Notes under the pieces: model-generated
The model's database searches: none
The model's input: only the letters and a program-made list of their open reading frames with translations
What the model was told of the DNA's origin: nothing
Made by a program: the position numbers and the translations under genes
From: Paraspadella gotoi
Taxonomy: Eukaryota > Animalia > Chaetognatha
Assembly: GCA_051294375.1 (NCBI GenBank)
Contig: CM119269.1
Location: forward strand, 12,680,790 to 12,744,789
Direction: 5' to 3'
Length of the DNA stretch: 64,000 bases
Shown: one piece after another, positions 14,826 through 53,088 of the stretch
How the letters are laid out: the number at the start of each line of letters is the position of its first letter
How positions within the stretch are numbered: position 1 is the first letter of the stretch

Positions 14826-15345
14826 CTCCTTTTTCTCCTCTCGCGCCGCCACAAATCCCAAAGCTCTCTCTTTTTATTTTAATCAGCGCCGCACACCGAT
14901 GCAGCGCCATCTTTTACGTTTCTTTCACTCATTTCCTTCACTTTTATCGACTAGATATGAAAAAAATGAATTTGTTGCTTGATTTTTTTGTGATGAAGGT
15001 ACGATTATGACGATAAAAAATTGTTCATCAAAAAAAAACAAAAAAAAAAACGTTCTACATTTAAACTGATTTGGGCTTAATGAAATGGTGGTAGATCCAA
15101 AATTCCGTCTGAACAAATTAGTATACAGGAGGGACTATTTTGAATAAACGATAGCCTTGATAGTAAAATAAAAAATAAAATCATATCGATGTCTTAAGAG
15201 ATTCATTCGACAAAAAAGTAATAAAATTGAGATTATTTTGCTACAGAAATGTAAATATTAAATTAAAATTGCAAAAATAATGAATGTTTATCTGGCAAAA
15301 AAAAAAAGACAAAAAAAAAAAACTTTTTAAAACTCGCAATAGATT

Positions 15346-26539
<11,194 letters not shown>

Positions 26540-27620
26540 CTTGAGCTGTTCTCGTAGTGGTTCGAAGGCTTAAAGATAATTTAAACAATTTAGCGTTAAA
26601 ACAGGTAAAATAGGTACGAATTGCTTATAAAATATAACCTGTGAAGCACCCAAAGACAAGTTAAGAACCCTAGACTTTGTATCGTCGGCGGATGGGAACG
26701 AATTGGGGAGGAAACAGCAGATTCGTCTTCAACTGCTAAATTTTCGAAACAAATTTTTTCACCGAACGTTTTATTTTTCTTTTATTTTCTTTTTTTCTTC
26801 ATTTGTGACGCCAACAGATGTGGAGTATAAGGTAAGTTACGCTTGTGTGTTATGTTATGAAAAAATTCTGGCAAGAAATAAACAGTAATTGTATAAAAAA
26901 AAATAAGAAAATTGATTGAGCCGTTTCATTTGCGAATACAATGTTATGAAACCAAACAGTATCAGAGTAATTAGAATTGATTCCATTTTTGCGGGAGTTT
27001 ATTACAATTAGTATTTTTTAAAAATTTGATGGTTACATTTTTGTCTTTCTTTACAATACGTGCACTCAATTTGAACTTTCTGTTTGAAAGATTTATAATA
27101 CTTTTAAGTTCAACCCAAAGTTCATCAAAAGATCATGAATTTGAGTACATAGTACACACATGAAGTTCAAAGCATTGATGTTATGAAATTGGTACAACCA
27201 ATATAAAAATATTATATTTTTTAAATTAAAATAATGACTGACTTATTTAAAAAATTCTTATCACAGGAAAGATAAGTGCAAAATTTTATCTATAAATTTT
27301 AAAAATTTTTCGAGCCAAACGAAAAATTGTTCCGAAATTCAAACGTATTAAAAAATAAATCCTTCATAAAATATAAAAATAGAAAATAGTGAAACAAGTC
27401 ATTTAAAAATTTTCATTAATAAATAATAAATCGTTAATAATAAATAATAAGTCGTTAGGCGCCTAACACAATAATGCGAAAATTAAAACAAAAATCAAAT
27501 AAATAATTACTGAACCGAATAATAACCCAAAGGCGAAACAAACCTATAAAATTATAAAATCAAATAAAAATTAATTCTGAAACAAATTCTTGATTTTGGT
27601 GTTGGTCTTTTTGTTTCTTC

Positions 27621-27634
27621 GTCGTCATAGAAAC
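27621..27634. promoter_or_regulatory. Candidate RFX X-box in the divergent DRC2/CNOT9 intergenic region
   Basis: GTCGTCATAGAAAC fits the X-box consensus GTHNYYATRRNAAC. It lies ~1.1 kb upstream of the ATG of the ciliary gene DRC2. Confidence 0.45.
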
Positions 27635-28242
27635 GAGGAAGTCCTCAGTCTCGAGCGTCGATGGCTGCGCCCTTTGCTTGGAGGGGGAATAACCCTCTTG
27701 CCGGAATATTTCAGCGTGCTTCAAGGTTTATAATTAATGCTTAGCTTAACTTCAAATTTCTTTTAAATATGCTGTTCGTTAAAATCTATCACGTGTTGAC
27801 CATTGCTTACTTTCACATTCGCTAGGTGTTAAATTGTAGTATTATCTTTTTCTCTTTCGGAAAGTACAGATGCGTTCGTAGTTTTTAGAATATATTTAGT
27901 GTAACAGAATGTGTGTTTTTTTTTTCAGTTTTTAAAGCCGTAAATACCGAGCGGTTTTACTATCTATTGTATGATTCTAATTTGACGAGAAAAATGTCAA
28001 TTCTAATGCCTCACCCAAGTCGTAAAATCAAAACCTTTCCTTGAGCTATTCATTTGTTTTCGTCTCCCGTCTGGGTTCTTTAATAATGTGTTCTTCCCTT
28101 AAATTATATGTGAAATATTATCTAAGTAATTTTTTGTTGCAGAATTATGTGCCATAGAAGTCTGCAGGTTTATGCTCTATAGTCCCGAATACAAACATTT
28201 ATTGGATAAGATAAAAAAGGGGTTCTTTTATCCTTATCAAAA

Positions 28243-29366
28243 ATGAACCCGCTTGTCGCAACGCCGCAACCCAGGCTCATGAATCTCGGTCAAGGCCAAG
28301 TTTCGAGTAATCCTGGCATGAACTTGGGATCCACGACTCCACAACCCATGAACAGCACGACACCAGCCCCCAACGTTCCGGGAAGTGGACTGCCAACCTC
28401 TCAAATTGATAGGGAGCGTGTTTACAATTGGATTATTGAGCTTTCTAACCCTGAAGCCAGGGAAAATGCCCTCCTGGAATTGAGCAAAAAGAGGGAAGTT
28501 GTTCCCGATTTAGCGCCCATGTTGTGGCATTCCTTTGGTACCTCCGCTGCCCTCTTGCAGGAGATTGTCAACATTTATCCGGCCATCAACCCTCCCACTT
28601 TGACGGCCCACCAGTCGAACAGAGTTTGCAACGCGCTAGCTCTCTTACAATGCGTCGCTTCTCACCCAGAAACGCGCACCGTTTTTCTCAAGGCCCACAT
28701 ACCCTTGTTTCTTTACCCGTTCTTGCACACGACTTCAAAGACTCGACCTTTCGAGTATTTGCGGCTCACGAGCTTAGGTAAGATTGAGTTAGTACAAAAT
28801 TGTTTCGATAGAGCAAAGGACTTTTAAAATACGGATTAATTAAGTATTTATTAATTAATTATGTAGGTGTTATCGGCGCGCTCGTCAAAACGGACGAACA
28901 AGAAGTCATCGATTTTCTTCTGACGACGGAGATCATTCCTCTCTGTCTCCGAATTATGGAGGCGGGGAGCGAACTGTCCAAGACGGTCGCCACCTTCATT
29001 CTACAGAAGATCCTGCTGGATGACACCGGCCTCTCTTACATTTGCCAGACCTACGAGCGCTTCTCACACGTCGCTCTCATCCTGGGGAAAATGGTTCATC
29101 ACTTGGCGAAGGAACCCTCGGCTCGTTTACTTAAACACGTCGTCCGCTGTTACTTGCGGCTCTCTGACAACCACCGAGCCCGAGAAGCTTTGGGCCAGTG
29201 TCTTCCCGACCAGTTGAAGGACCAGACTTTCGTCAACTGCTTAAAGGACGACCAGAGCGCTCGACGGTGGTTGGCCACGCTCTTAAAGAACCTAGAATCC
29301 CCTGGGGGCATCGCCGGCGGGCTTGCCATGCCCGGTCCCAATCTTATGCAACCTGGACCACAGTGA
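28243..29366 (+). CDS. CNOT9: CCR4-NOT complex subunit 9 (RQCD1/Caf40); exons 28243-28777 and 28867-29366
   Basis: [65 protein letters not shown]|[45 protein letters not shown]. Canonical GT-AG intron. Confidence 0.98.
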
Positions 29367-29835
29367 TTTTTTTTATTTCCTTTTTAACGACAAGAAGCTT
29401 TATTTATTTTTTTAAAAAGAAAATCGTTTTAATTAGACGAATTTCGATCGAAAGCTTTTGGTTTTGAAACCATATTGATGACGGCCTTTTGTAAAAACGT
29501 CAGTCTACATACGAGTACATGATTTGTAAATTGGTTAATTGGAAAATTGTGTACTGCCGACATCCGCTAACTTAGTGTGATCTCAACGGCTTTTGAAGGG
29601 AATTAATCGTACGATTTTGCGACGACGAACTCGTAATTTTTTTGTAGCTTTTTTGTTTTGCTTTGGACACAACATCGCCTCCGAAACTTATTAAGTTACC
29701 ATTGAAACTGCGCCGTCTCAAAAACCACAAAAGTTTTTCTTGTTGAACGATTTTAATCCTTCTAATTTTTTTTCATCGATGTGATTTAATAATTTCCTGT
29801 ACATATAGAAGGAGGGTTTCCATTTTCACTGGAAG

Positions 29836-32341
29836 ATGGTGCTGGATTTAGACCTTTTCCGAACTGAAAAAGGCGGCGACCCCGACACGTTGCGTGACAA
29901 TCAACGCCGTCGATTTAAAGACCCCCGTCTCGTGGATGACGTCGTCAACGCCGACGTCGAATGGCGGCGACTGCGATTCCTCGCCGATAGATGGAACCGC
30001 GTTAAAAAAATGGCGTCTAAGACTGTTGGTGACAAGATGAAGGTGCCCCTAAGTCCTAATGATTTGTCTGAAACGATAACTTTAAATTCCTCTATCCGAC
30101 ATAAGGCGAAAGAAAAGGCGGGTGATTCCGGGGCCCCGTTACCAGAAACAGTCACGGGTCCCGCCCTGGCTGAAGCGACTCCGCAAACAATGTCGGCGCT
30201 CTCAGTGGCGCAGTTAAGACTCGTCTCCGCCGAGGTCGACGCGCGGATAAAGGAGAACGAAGACCAGCTGGAGGCCTGCGATCGTAGGCGTCGGTCAATG
30301 CTCGCCCAGATCGGCAACAAGCTGCATCCCTCTGGTAAAGATATAGAAATTTAAAGGTTTGCTCGATTTGAAGACGCCTCTAATACAGCCTCTCCTTTCG
30401 CAGTGCCGATCAATGACAACGAGGTCTTCAACGAGGTTGTCCGAACCTTCGGCGACGTAACATCGCAACGCCGTTATTCTCATGTCGATCTCATCGTTAT
30501 GATCGACGGCACCGATGGCGACAGAGGCTCCGCAGTCGCTGGGGGAAGGGGCTATTATCTCAAGGGCCCCGCAGTTTTTTTGCAGCAGGTCCGTGAGATT
30601 CGACCGAAATTTGCATTTTAAAAGATGTTGATCGACAAAGATGTTTTCGGACTTTAGGCACTGATCAACCTCGCCCTCCAAAGCCTTCGTCCCAAAGGTT
30701 TTACTCCTATCTATACTCCTTTCTTCATGCGGAAAGAGGTTCGACGCTGTTTCGCTTCGTTTTTTTTGGTCTCGATCTCGCCAACAATTTCCTTTGGTTG
30801 CTATAGGTGATGCAAGAAGTGGCTCAGCTCTCACAGTTCGACGAGGAGCTGTACAAAGTCGTGGGAAAAGGATCCGAAGAAACCGCCGACTCCTCGATTG
30901 ACGAAAAATATCTGATTGCGACCTCGGAGCAACCGATCGCCGCCTTTCATCGCGACGAATGGATACCGACGGAGCAGTTGCCGCTGAGATACGCCGGGTG
31001 AGAGATCGATGGTAGAAACCCTGAGCTTGGAGCCTTTTTTTCGCGTCTACAATCTAGTTATTGATCGACGACTATCTCACTCTGAATCTATCTATTTTCT
31101 TTTTAGCCTCTCCACCTGCTTCCGCCAAGAGGTGGGTTCTCACGGTCGCGACACGCGCGGCATATTCCGCGTCCATCAGTTCGAGAAAATCGAACAGTTC
31201 GTTGTCACGTCTCCCCGGGACGACGAGTCCTGGAACGAGTTCGATCGAATGTTATCTAACGCCGAGGACTTCAATCGAAAACTGGGGGTGCCTTACAGGT
31301 CTGATCGAGGAAAATCGGAAGAGTGAACCTAGAAGGGTGACATCGAATCTACTAGTCGCGTAGAGGTCGCATTTCTATTTCTTGCGGAATCAATTCAGTA
31401 TAAATATTTCATATTTTTTTTAGAATCGTAAACATCGTGTCGGGGGAGTTAAACCTCGCGGCGGCCAAGAAATGTGATTTAGAGGCTTGGTTTCCTGGTC
31501 AGGTAAGCGTTGAAAACAAATGTAAGAGTCAGTATAAAAGAAAGATAAATCTGCACAAAAACTTCCGTGCCGCTAGGGGGTTTTCCGGGAATTGGTCTCC
31601 TGCTCCAACTGCACCGACTACCAGTCGCGGAGACTCAAGATCCGCTACGGCCAAACGAAGAAGATGAACGAAGCACCGGAATTCGTCCACATGCTCAATG
31701 CCACCATGTGCGCGACCACCAGAACCATTTGTTGCATATTGGAAAATTATCAGGTCATTTTTCGATCTAATGATATTTAATATTTTCAATAGTTTCTATA
31801 GTTTTTGAAAATTGTATTATCTTGAAGCGTGCATTTACTTAACTGATTATTTCCGGCTCAGGAAGAAGACGGGGTCCGCGTTCCCGAAGCCTTGTCGCCC
31901 TTCATGCCGCAAAAGTATCGCGCGAAAATCCCATTCGTCAAACCCGCGCCCATCGATCAGGAGGAGACGCAGAGACAACGCAAGCAGCGTCAGGGTCAGA
32001 AAAGTGGCAAGCAGCTTGCTAAGTCGCCAGGAAAAAAAGTTGAAAAACTGACGGCGTCAAAAGTCGAAGCGGAGATTTCGGCGGCGAGAGAGTCGAGGAG
32101 CCGGTTCGACTCTGCGACTCTCTCTACGCCCGAAGGACTTCGAAGTCTCGACGACCATCTGGCCGACAACAGCTACGTTTCGGGATTTTGGCCGACGAAG
32201 GCCGACGTTGTTGCCTTCGAAGGAATCGCTCGTCGACCAACAGAGGAAATGGAAGTCTTCGTCAACGTAGCACGATGGATGAAGCACGTGGATTCGTTCG
32301 AGAAACGAGAGAGGGAGGCGTGGCCGGAACCCTCGGAATAA
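29836..32341 (+). CDS. SARS1: Cytosolic seryl-tRNA synthetase with a C-terminal GST-C-like extension (multi-exon)
   Basis: [63 protein letters not shown], motif 2 [54 protein letters not shown], motif 3 [31 protein letters not shown]. Confidence 0.97.
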
Positions 32342-32700
32342 GACGCTTTGTTTTTTAATGGTAATTTGATTTGATTACATAATATGTAATCAAATATTAT
32401 ATATTATATGTATTTGTTAGCCGTTGTAGTTATTTCATAGTTTTACTCAGAAACAATGGTAATCTAGCTAGAACTTCAATTTTTTTTACTAGAACAGAAC
32501 AATCGCACATAACATTTGCCCCTTAATTTTTCAGGTGAAAACGTTTCGGCTTAGGACTTTCCTCTCCTCAGTTTGCTATGAATCTCGCCTTTTTTAAGAC
32601 GTCCAATAAATTAAAGGATTGAGGGTAGGTGAACAATTAATTCACTTTTGATCTACGTATTAATTTTTTTTCTTTTTGGTTTCAATCGGATTATTTTATT

Positions 32701-46217
<13,517 letters not shown>

Positions 46218-48330
46218 TGAACGAGGAAAAATTGTTATTGTTCCGCGCGCGCGCGACGCAGGCGCTGTACACTGGCCTCTTGTTGTCGGCCTCATTGACC
46301 GACTCGGAACCTATTTCCTCAACAAATTAAACATAACTGATAGTTTAACGTAATAAATTTTAAGTTTTCCAGATCTATTATTGACTTATTCCTTCAACTC
46401 AACATCCGATATAAGAATCGCGTCATTAAAATTTTTTTTAAAATTGACCACGAATTTTAATAAGACATAAGTTTAATTTTAACATTTTCTATTTGTTACG
46501 AAAATAAATCCGGTTTTATTAATAAAAATTTATAATGAAGAATTTACATATTTATTGCTCCACTTGAGGAGTTAAGTAAAATCTAGAGGGTGTGGACTTG
46601 TTGCGTCCGCGAGGGTTAAATTGATATCCCAGCCAAGCTTTTTAATAAATACTACGGTAATACGTGGCAATTAGTTTTTTAACTTTGGCTAAGGTTAAAA
46701 TAGTCTGGTTTTTTGAAAGTTCCACCATTTCTTTACTCATAACTGTCTCAAAATCTGAGTAATCTCTTTCACTGGTTTAGTTGGAAATATAATATACGCG
46801 CACCTATTACGTGTACTTGGTTCCCCGATGACCATCCGGGAGATGCACGGTTTCTCCCGGTAAGAAAACAAAAATCCCGTTAATTGAAAACAAACGAAAC
46901 TAGTTTTTAGTAGTAGATTGTTAACGCGATGAGCTTTATTAACTTATCAATACATGGAAAATACACACAAGGTTTGTCGAAAGGGGAAAAGTCAATTTAT
47001 CGGAGGGTAGATGTCCTCGAGTCGTAAAGCTGAATTTCAATCATTATAATTATATAGTACTCCTAAACGAAATCATCGACCCAGTTCTTATAATAAATTC
47101 TTAACGTTATTTCTTTCCTTTTTTTTTCTAAGTTGATTTGAAAGCAACTCCTCAGTTGCTTAAGGTTCCTTGTTTTCGCTGTTCCTTACATTTTGTCATT
47201 ATCCCCCCTTAAAAGTCCGTTCCTAAAAAAATCCCTCTCGCTGATTATTGACATTTAATGAATACAAATTACAGTCTGTGTCTCACTCCATTTTCGCTTT
47301 ACTCAGTCGCGAAATACAGTCAATCGCTCTCCTGTACAGAAGGGACCGCTTTTAAGGTCTAAATTCTTTTAGAATTGTTATGAATTTTTTTCGTTGTTAT
47401 AACGATCGACAGTCGACTTAGTTAGGCTTGACAAATGGAAAAAAAATTTCAGGTGAAGCGTGTGAGCAGTTTTGCGTCAGGTGCTAAAAATTCTAAAATC
47501 GCCAAAAGAATGGGTAGGATTCTGCGAATGTTATTAAAATGTTAATTGAATCAAGATTCGTAATTTAATTCAAGTAAGGTTATGATTTAATAGCCTTAAA
47601 TCTTTCAATTTTACTTTTAAGTTTATTTATTTCCGAAATGTTTTAAAATTTTCTTTTTCAAAAACTCGTAATGTTTAATTCTCAAAAAAATTATTTTTAC
47701 TGTTAAAATCATGTTTGAAATACCACAATATTTTGCAAAAAGAATATAAAAGAGCGCTCCAAACACCATGATTTAGAAATTTAGCTTTAAACTTTGTCTT
47801 TAAAATAAAATTTCGACACATTTTTAATTTATATTAAAAATTTACTTGGCTTTTTTAATTGTCAATATACGCCAAGGAATCTGTACCCTTCAACTTTGGA
47901 TATCATCCCAATAATGAGCAGCTTTAGAAAAAATTGTAGTAAATCTTTAAAAACGACCAATTTTGCGACACTCGACTAACTTGTCCTATACATTTTTTCA
48001 GATTATATTTTATTTGTACGAGTGATCTTCAAAATATTTGTGATGAAACTCCGTTAATTCACAATGTTAAGTCCTTCCGAAATTTGACTAGACTGGAAAT
48101 ACGACCAAACAGGTACAAATGATAATTTCGGCCAAACAAGCAATCAGAGAAACGAAATCGTAGAGGGAAAGAAGTTGGGTTAAAAATAAATGATATAACT
48201 TGCTCATTGCTCAATAGTACTCTTGTCATATTATTTGAGTTTAAGTTAGTTTTTGTTTGTAACATGATTCTTGACGTTCTTTCGTCATTTCGAAGATAGA
48301 TTTAATATCCTTTGTCGCTAGTTACCAAAG

Positions 48331-50261
48331 ATGTCCTCGGAACCTCTGTCATCTCCGTTGCTTGGAAGAGGCGATGACGTTGAAAACGTCGTGGTTTCAA
48401 AAAACACGGGTCGCCTCAACGGAGATCTCGGCGCCGGAGTCATCGACGATCTTCCCCGGCGTCGAATCGTCATTTCCAAGAGCAGCAGCGGGCTCGGATT
48501 CAACATCCGGGGAGGCGTCGACGCCCCTTACGTTAAGTCCGACGTTGGTAAGGGATTTCTCAGGAAAAAATACTACACCCTGTTTTGTCTTTTGACACAG
48601 TTTTGTTTGATTAGTGTACTGAAACAACCAATTCTCTTTTTCTCTTTCTTTCTCTTTCTTTGTCTTTCTCCCTTCTCCACAAAAAAGGCATCTTCGTCGT
48701 CAAGGTCCATCGCGACGGCGCCGCGGCTCGAGACGGTCGACTCCGCGCCGGTGACAAGATCCTCTCCCTCAATGGCGCCCCCTTGACGAGCCTGCGCCAC
48801 GAAGACGCCGTGGCGCTCTTCCTCGCCGCGCCAGAAAGCGTGACGTTGGACGTCGTGCGGGGAGCGGGCCCTGTGCTGCGGGAACTGGAAGCGTTGGCGA
48901 CGGAGGTCGGAGTGGTCAGGTTCATTTCATGTAATAGGACATCGGCGAAATTGAGCCGCAATTCGAGTTGTATTTTCCCTTTCTCACATTTAGTCCGCTT
49001 GCAAGTCCCGAAACGGAAAAGACCATTAACAACAACAGCGACAACAGTAACAACAACAACAGCATGGACGGCTTGTCGCCCATAGCTTCATGCAAGCTCT
49101 TTAACGAGGCCTGTCCTGAACCTGAAGACACTGCTTCCACAGAACCGATTGATGGCGATGCAGCTCATTCAGTAAGCATAAAGCAACTGACTCGCTTTCT
49201 GGCTTCATATTTTATTGAAAAAATTCCCTTTCATTATTTTCCAGTCACGTGTCAGAGTCGCTTCTGAAGTCAAATCAGTCCCCCAGCGTCGAATATCTTC
49301 CAAAAAAGGAGCGAAGGATCGTCGCGCCGAAACGAGCGGCGACGGCGTCGATGTCACTCTCGAAAAACTAGTAGAACTGAGGTCGACGACGTTATCATCT
49401 CCCGTTTCTACGATTTCTTCTCCCGTCGACTTGGAACCTTCCGTTGACGCGATTCGCGAGGATCTTTCTATCACCGACACGGATCACCCGAAAGACTCGG
49501 AAATCTCGCTCGAAGAAATGAGCTCATCTGAGGCAAACGCCATTCCAGCCCGCACTCCCTTCACTATAACAAAACGATCGAATGAAGGTCAAGACGACGA
49601 AGACGAAGATATCAACGTTGAGGAAATCCTGTTGGTCGTTCCCGGGGTCAACGATCACGCCATTCCCAACGCCGTCTCCCTGTCCTCGCCATCCTTCCGT
49701 TACGAACCGTCCGTAGATCGGTCCTCCGGTCTTCCATTTTCCCTCGATCTCCGCGCGAAGGCTCAGGTTTTCGACGGTGGCGCCGACGTCGAAAACCTCG
49801 GCGATGAGTCTCCGCTCTCCGCGGATACGAGCGAGTCGCTATCGATGAAGACAGCGGAAGTTCCGAGGGAGATAGAGATGGCGTCCATGGAAGTTAACGG
49901 TTCTTTCGTCGACGCCGATGAGTCGTTCTCGTCATCCTCTTCGAATCGCATCCTTGGTATTTTCAACGACGACATCCGGGAGAAAAAACGTGGACTCACA
50001 TCCGGGTCTCATGGCGTTTCTCATCGTCCAGAACGACCCGCGGAAAAGGAGGAGCGTTCTTCGCTTCCCGCATCCACGGGTCCGTCGACGGTGCGACCGT
50101 ATCCTTCGACGAGTGCGAAAACGACCGCGGGGTCGGACGGCAGCGGCGAAGGAGAAGAGCGTCTCGATGATCGATTGCTGAAGCTGACGATGGCGCTTGC
50201 GGCGCTGGCGGGCGTCTGTGTCGCCGTTGCAGTGGCACGACTCAGGAAGGTTTTTAAGTGA
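48331..50261 (+). CDS. SYNJ2BP/OMP25-like PDZ protein with a long linker and C-terminal tail anchor
   Basis: PDZ domain across exons 1-2: IVISKSSSGLGFNIRGGVDAPYVKSDV|GIFVVKVHRDGAAARDGRLRAGDKILSLNG...LRHEDAVALF. The protein ends in hydrophobic LTMALAALAGVCVAVAVA followed by basic RLRKVFK. Confidence 0.8.
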
Positions 50262-51590
50262 AAATCAATAAAATCTGGAAAAGCCGTCCTTTTGCTTTTT
50301 CAACTTCTGTCTTGTTCTTGGTGCCAAATATTTTCATCCTTATCCAATCTTATTTGTCTGTCTTTAACAAAAATAGAGTTAGATGAAATGGTTATACGAG
50401 TTAGATGATATGGTCCTCCTACTAATTGACGTTTCATCACAAAGTGAAGTGAGTTTCGGCTTCGAAAGATTTTCTCAATGAAAATTGTTCAGTCTTTTTT
50501 GTCCATGAGATGAGAAATCTTTTTAAAGAGATGCACTATGTATTCTCATTCCTTTATTTGTCAATGCCGCAATAACTGATCTCTCGATAACAAAATGTGT
50601 GAACTGATTGTTTTTAATCGCGCTAAAATCAAACCTGAAATTACATTTTTAATTTTAACGCGAAAATTTTTACTATCTTTCATGAAATTAGATATCAAGG
50701 GGTACGTAATACCGGAGGCACGATTGGTAATTTTTGAGAAAGATTGCTTAAAATAAGCCCATTTCTAGATCTTTTCATTTTATGAAATTGGTACAACCAA
50801 TATTTCATTTCATATTTTATTCCAACCGCGTTGTTTAGTATGATTTAACTTGGTTTTATGACATGTCTAATATGTTTTTGTGATTAAAGTTATTCATAAT
50901 TTATACTCAATTGTCAACGATGTCCTGCTATTGAAATTACTTTTTTTCGCACAAAAAGCAAAGATTTGGACTTTTTTGCTGTTGAAATATTGTTTCATAT
51001 CATAATACATAGATAAACCCCTTACACTTACAGTAGTGGAAAATAAATTTAAGCTGGAATGATCAATTACAGAAATGACTGAAATCATTTGTGCATCGCG
51101 AAAAACTACGCATCTTAACTCGGCTCATGAGCCAAAATTTTCTAATTCGCTTAGTTTTACGTGTTAAAGAGAAGCGTTTTGAAGTAAAATAATAATAATA
51201 ATACTAATAATTTTTCTCTTTCATTCCATTTTTTTGTTATAGCATCTTTTTATTTTTACCAAAATAAGCATGTTTTTTGACCTTTACTCCAACACAATTA
51301 ACGACAGTGCACGTCGACATATTGCACTTATACAATAGTATTGTGATAACTTTTAGGTATCAGTCTTAAATCTATTGTATCAAGAGATTATCATTATATT
51401 TAAATAAACATTCACTCCCGTCAGCAACTTTGAAAAGTTCGCAACTAGGTCCAATTTAAATGTAGATCTCACAAAAGACGCTTAATTTACAAGCAGCTTT
51501 TAATCGTTAAATCAAGCTTTGTTTACGTTATATGTCGTTTTGTTTTCAGTCACAGTCGTTAAAAAAAAAACTGTTGGTAAACTTTTGGCG

Positions 51591-53088
51591 ATGTCATTAT
51601 TGGAAGACCTCGATGGAGCTGGAGATCACCGTATGATGGCTTTCGCCGCAAACAGCGGCAAATCGAAGAATCGCGCTCGTGTGAATGCGAATCCTCATCG
51701 GCCGTCTACTCGATCGATCAGAGTCACGGGAATTCCCGGCCGCAGGTTGTTTCTCTCATCAAATCGGGACCAGCTCTCTCTCTCTCTCTCCCCCCATGGC
51801 AATTTTTACTCGACCGCAGACACGTGACGGACTCGGCGTTGATGGACCTCTTCCTGCCGCACGGTCCAGTGACGGGATTTGAGCGGAGGCGCGACACTCG
51901 AGGCGTTGAGGCCGATTCCACGCAGGTTGTCGTGGGGAAGATGGTTTTATTATTTCAATTTTTTTTTATAAAATTATTTTAATTATAAGGTTGTGGTTTC
52001 GTTCGAGACGGAGGAAGCAGCTTGGGCTGCGCTTCAAGAAGTTGAGGTGAATCGTAAGTTTATTTTTTAAGATTTAAAAACCGCGAGGAGAGGTGGTTGA
52101 AGGTGTGGCTTGTCCCCCACAGTTAATGTGGGTAGGCGGTAAGCTTGCTCTATGGTTTAACCGACTCGTCACTTTTGTGCAAGATCCGTTCCGTTGGTTG
52201 CTAGAACCGGGAGGATGGGGTTCAGAAATGAAGCGTTGGCTCATTACTTGACTTATGACGTTGCAGCAACTTAATATGTCGGTTGCTGATCTCGGACAAC
52301 TCTTTTTCAAAGGGTAGTAATATGGCATCAATACTAAATGATTTCTTGACAATTCGTCTTTTATCAGGGACTGGAGATTGCGAAGGGTGCCACTTTGGCC
52401 GCCTTCCCTTCCTTCGAGCGAGAGAAGTTGGAGCGCGACGCGGAGATGAGGCGGGAAAAGGCGTTGAGGGTCAAGGAGAGAGAAGCAGACGCTTTGGCCG
52501 ACTACTTGAGGAAGAGGCGTGCGAGAAAGTACATCGACGACGAAGAGAACAACGATACTGACGACGACGAGGCGAGTTGTTTTACTATGGAAATGGTTTG
52601 CAGTTTTTAAATTGTTACTTTCGAAGCGTAAGTTTACGCGCGATTTGTCTGATGATTTAAACGAGCAAACCATTGAACAAAAATTCAAAATTGTTGTCTT
52701 TATCCCATCTTTGGTCATCACAACTTTTTATCTTAGGCGAATTCGCCCGTCAATTCTCTTCCGGAAACTCCTCCAAATACGCCGCCCGAGACCGAATGTA
52801 ATAATTTATCGGTTTTATTAATCGTGAGGAGTTTCTTATCTAACGCAGAATAATTTATCAGCCTTGACCCAGAACAATTCGAACAACGATTCAGCTTCCG
52901 ATATCACCCGCTCTGGCTCGGCCCTCGCGGAATACTTAAACAAGCTTCGAGAGGCGGAAGAGGTGCGCTCTACATTCGTCGAAGCTTTCGGAGCCGGAAT
53001 GTCCCTTCACGAGGTTTTTCAGGTGGAAAACTTTGGCTCAACGTATCATTTAGGCTTTTGTGTCATGAGGCGAGAAGCTCGTAAATGA
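51591..53088 (+). CDS. Putative RRM-containing protein with a coiled-coil region (~6 exons)
   Basis: Spliced reading: TRSIRVTGIPGR|HVTDSALMDLFLPHGPVTG...|VVVSFETEEAAWAALQEVE|GLEIAKG...FEREKLERDAEMRREK. This follows an RRM secondary-structure pattern, and the junctions are GT-AG. Confidence 0.6.

Noticed and set aside
46836-46860. 8-bp hairpin CCGGGAGA/TCTCCCGG downstream of RBPJ
   Set aside because: A single isolated hairpin with no second copy or recognisable motif.
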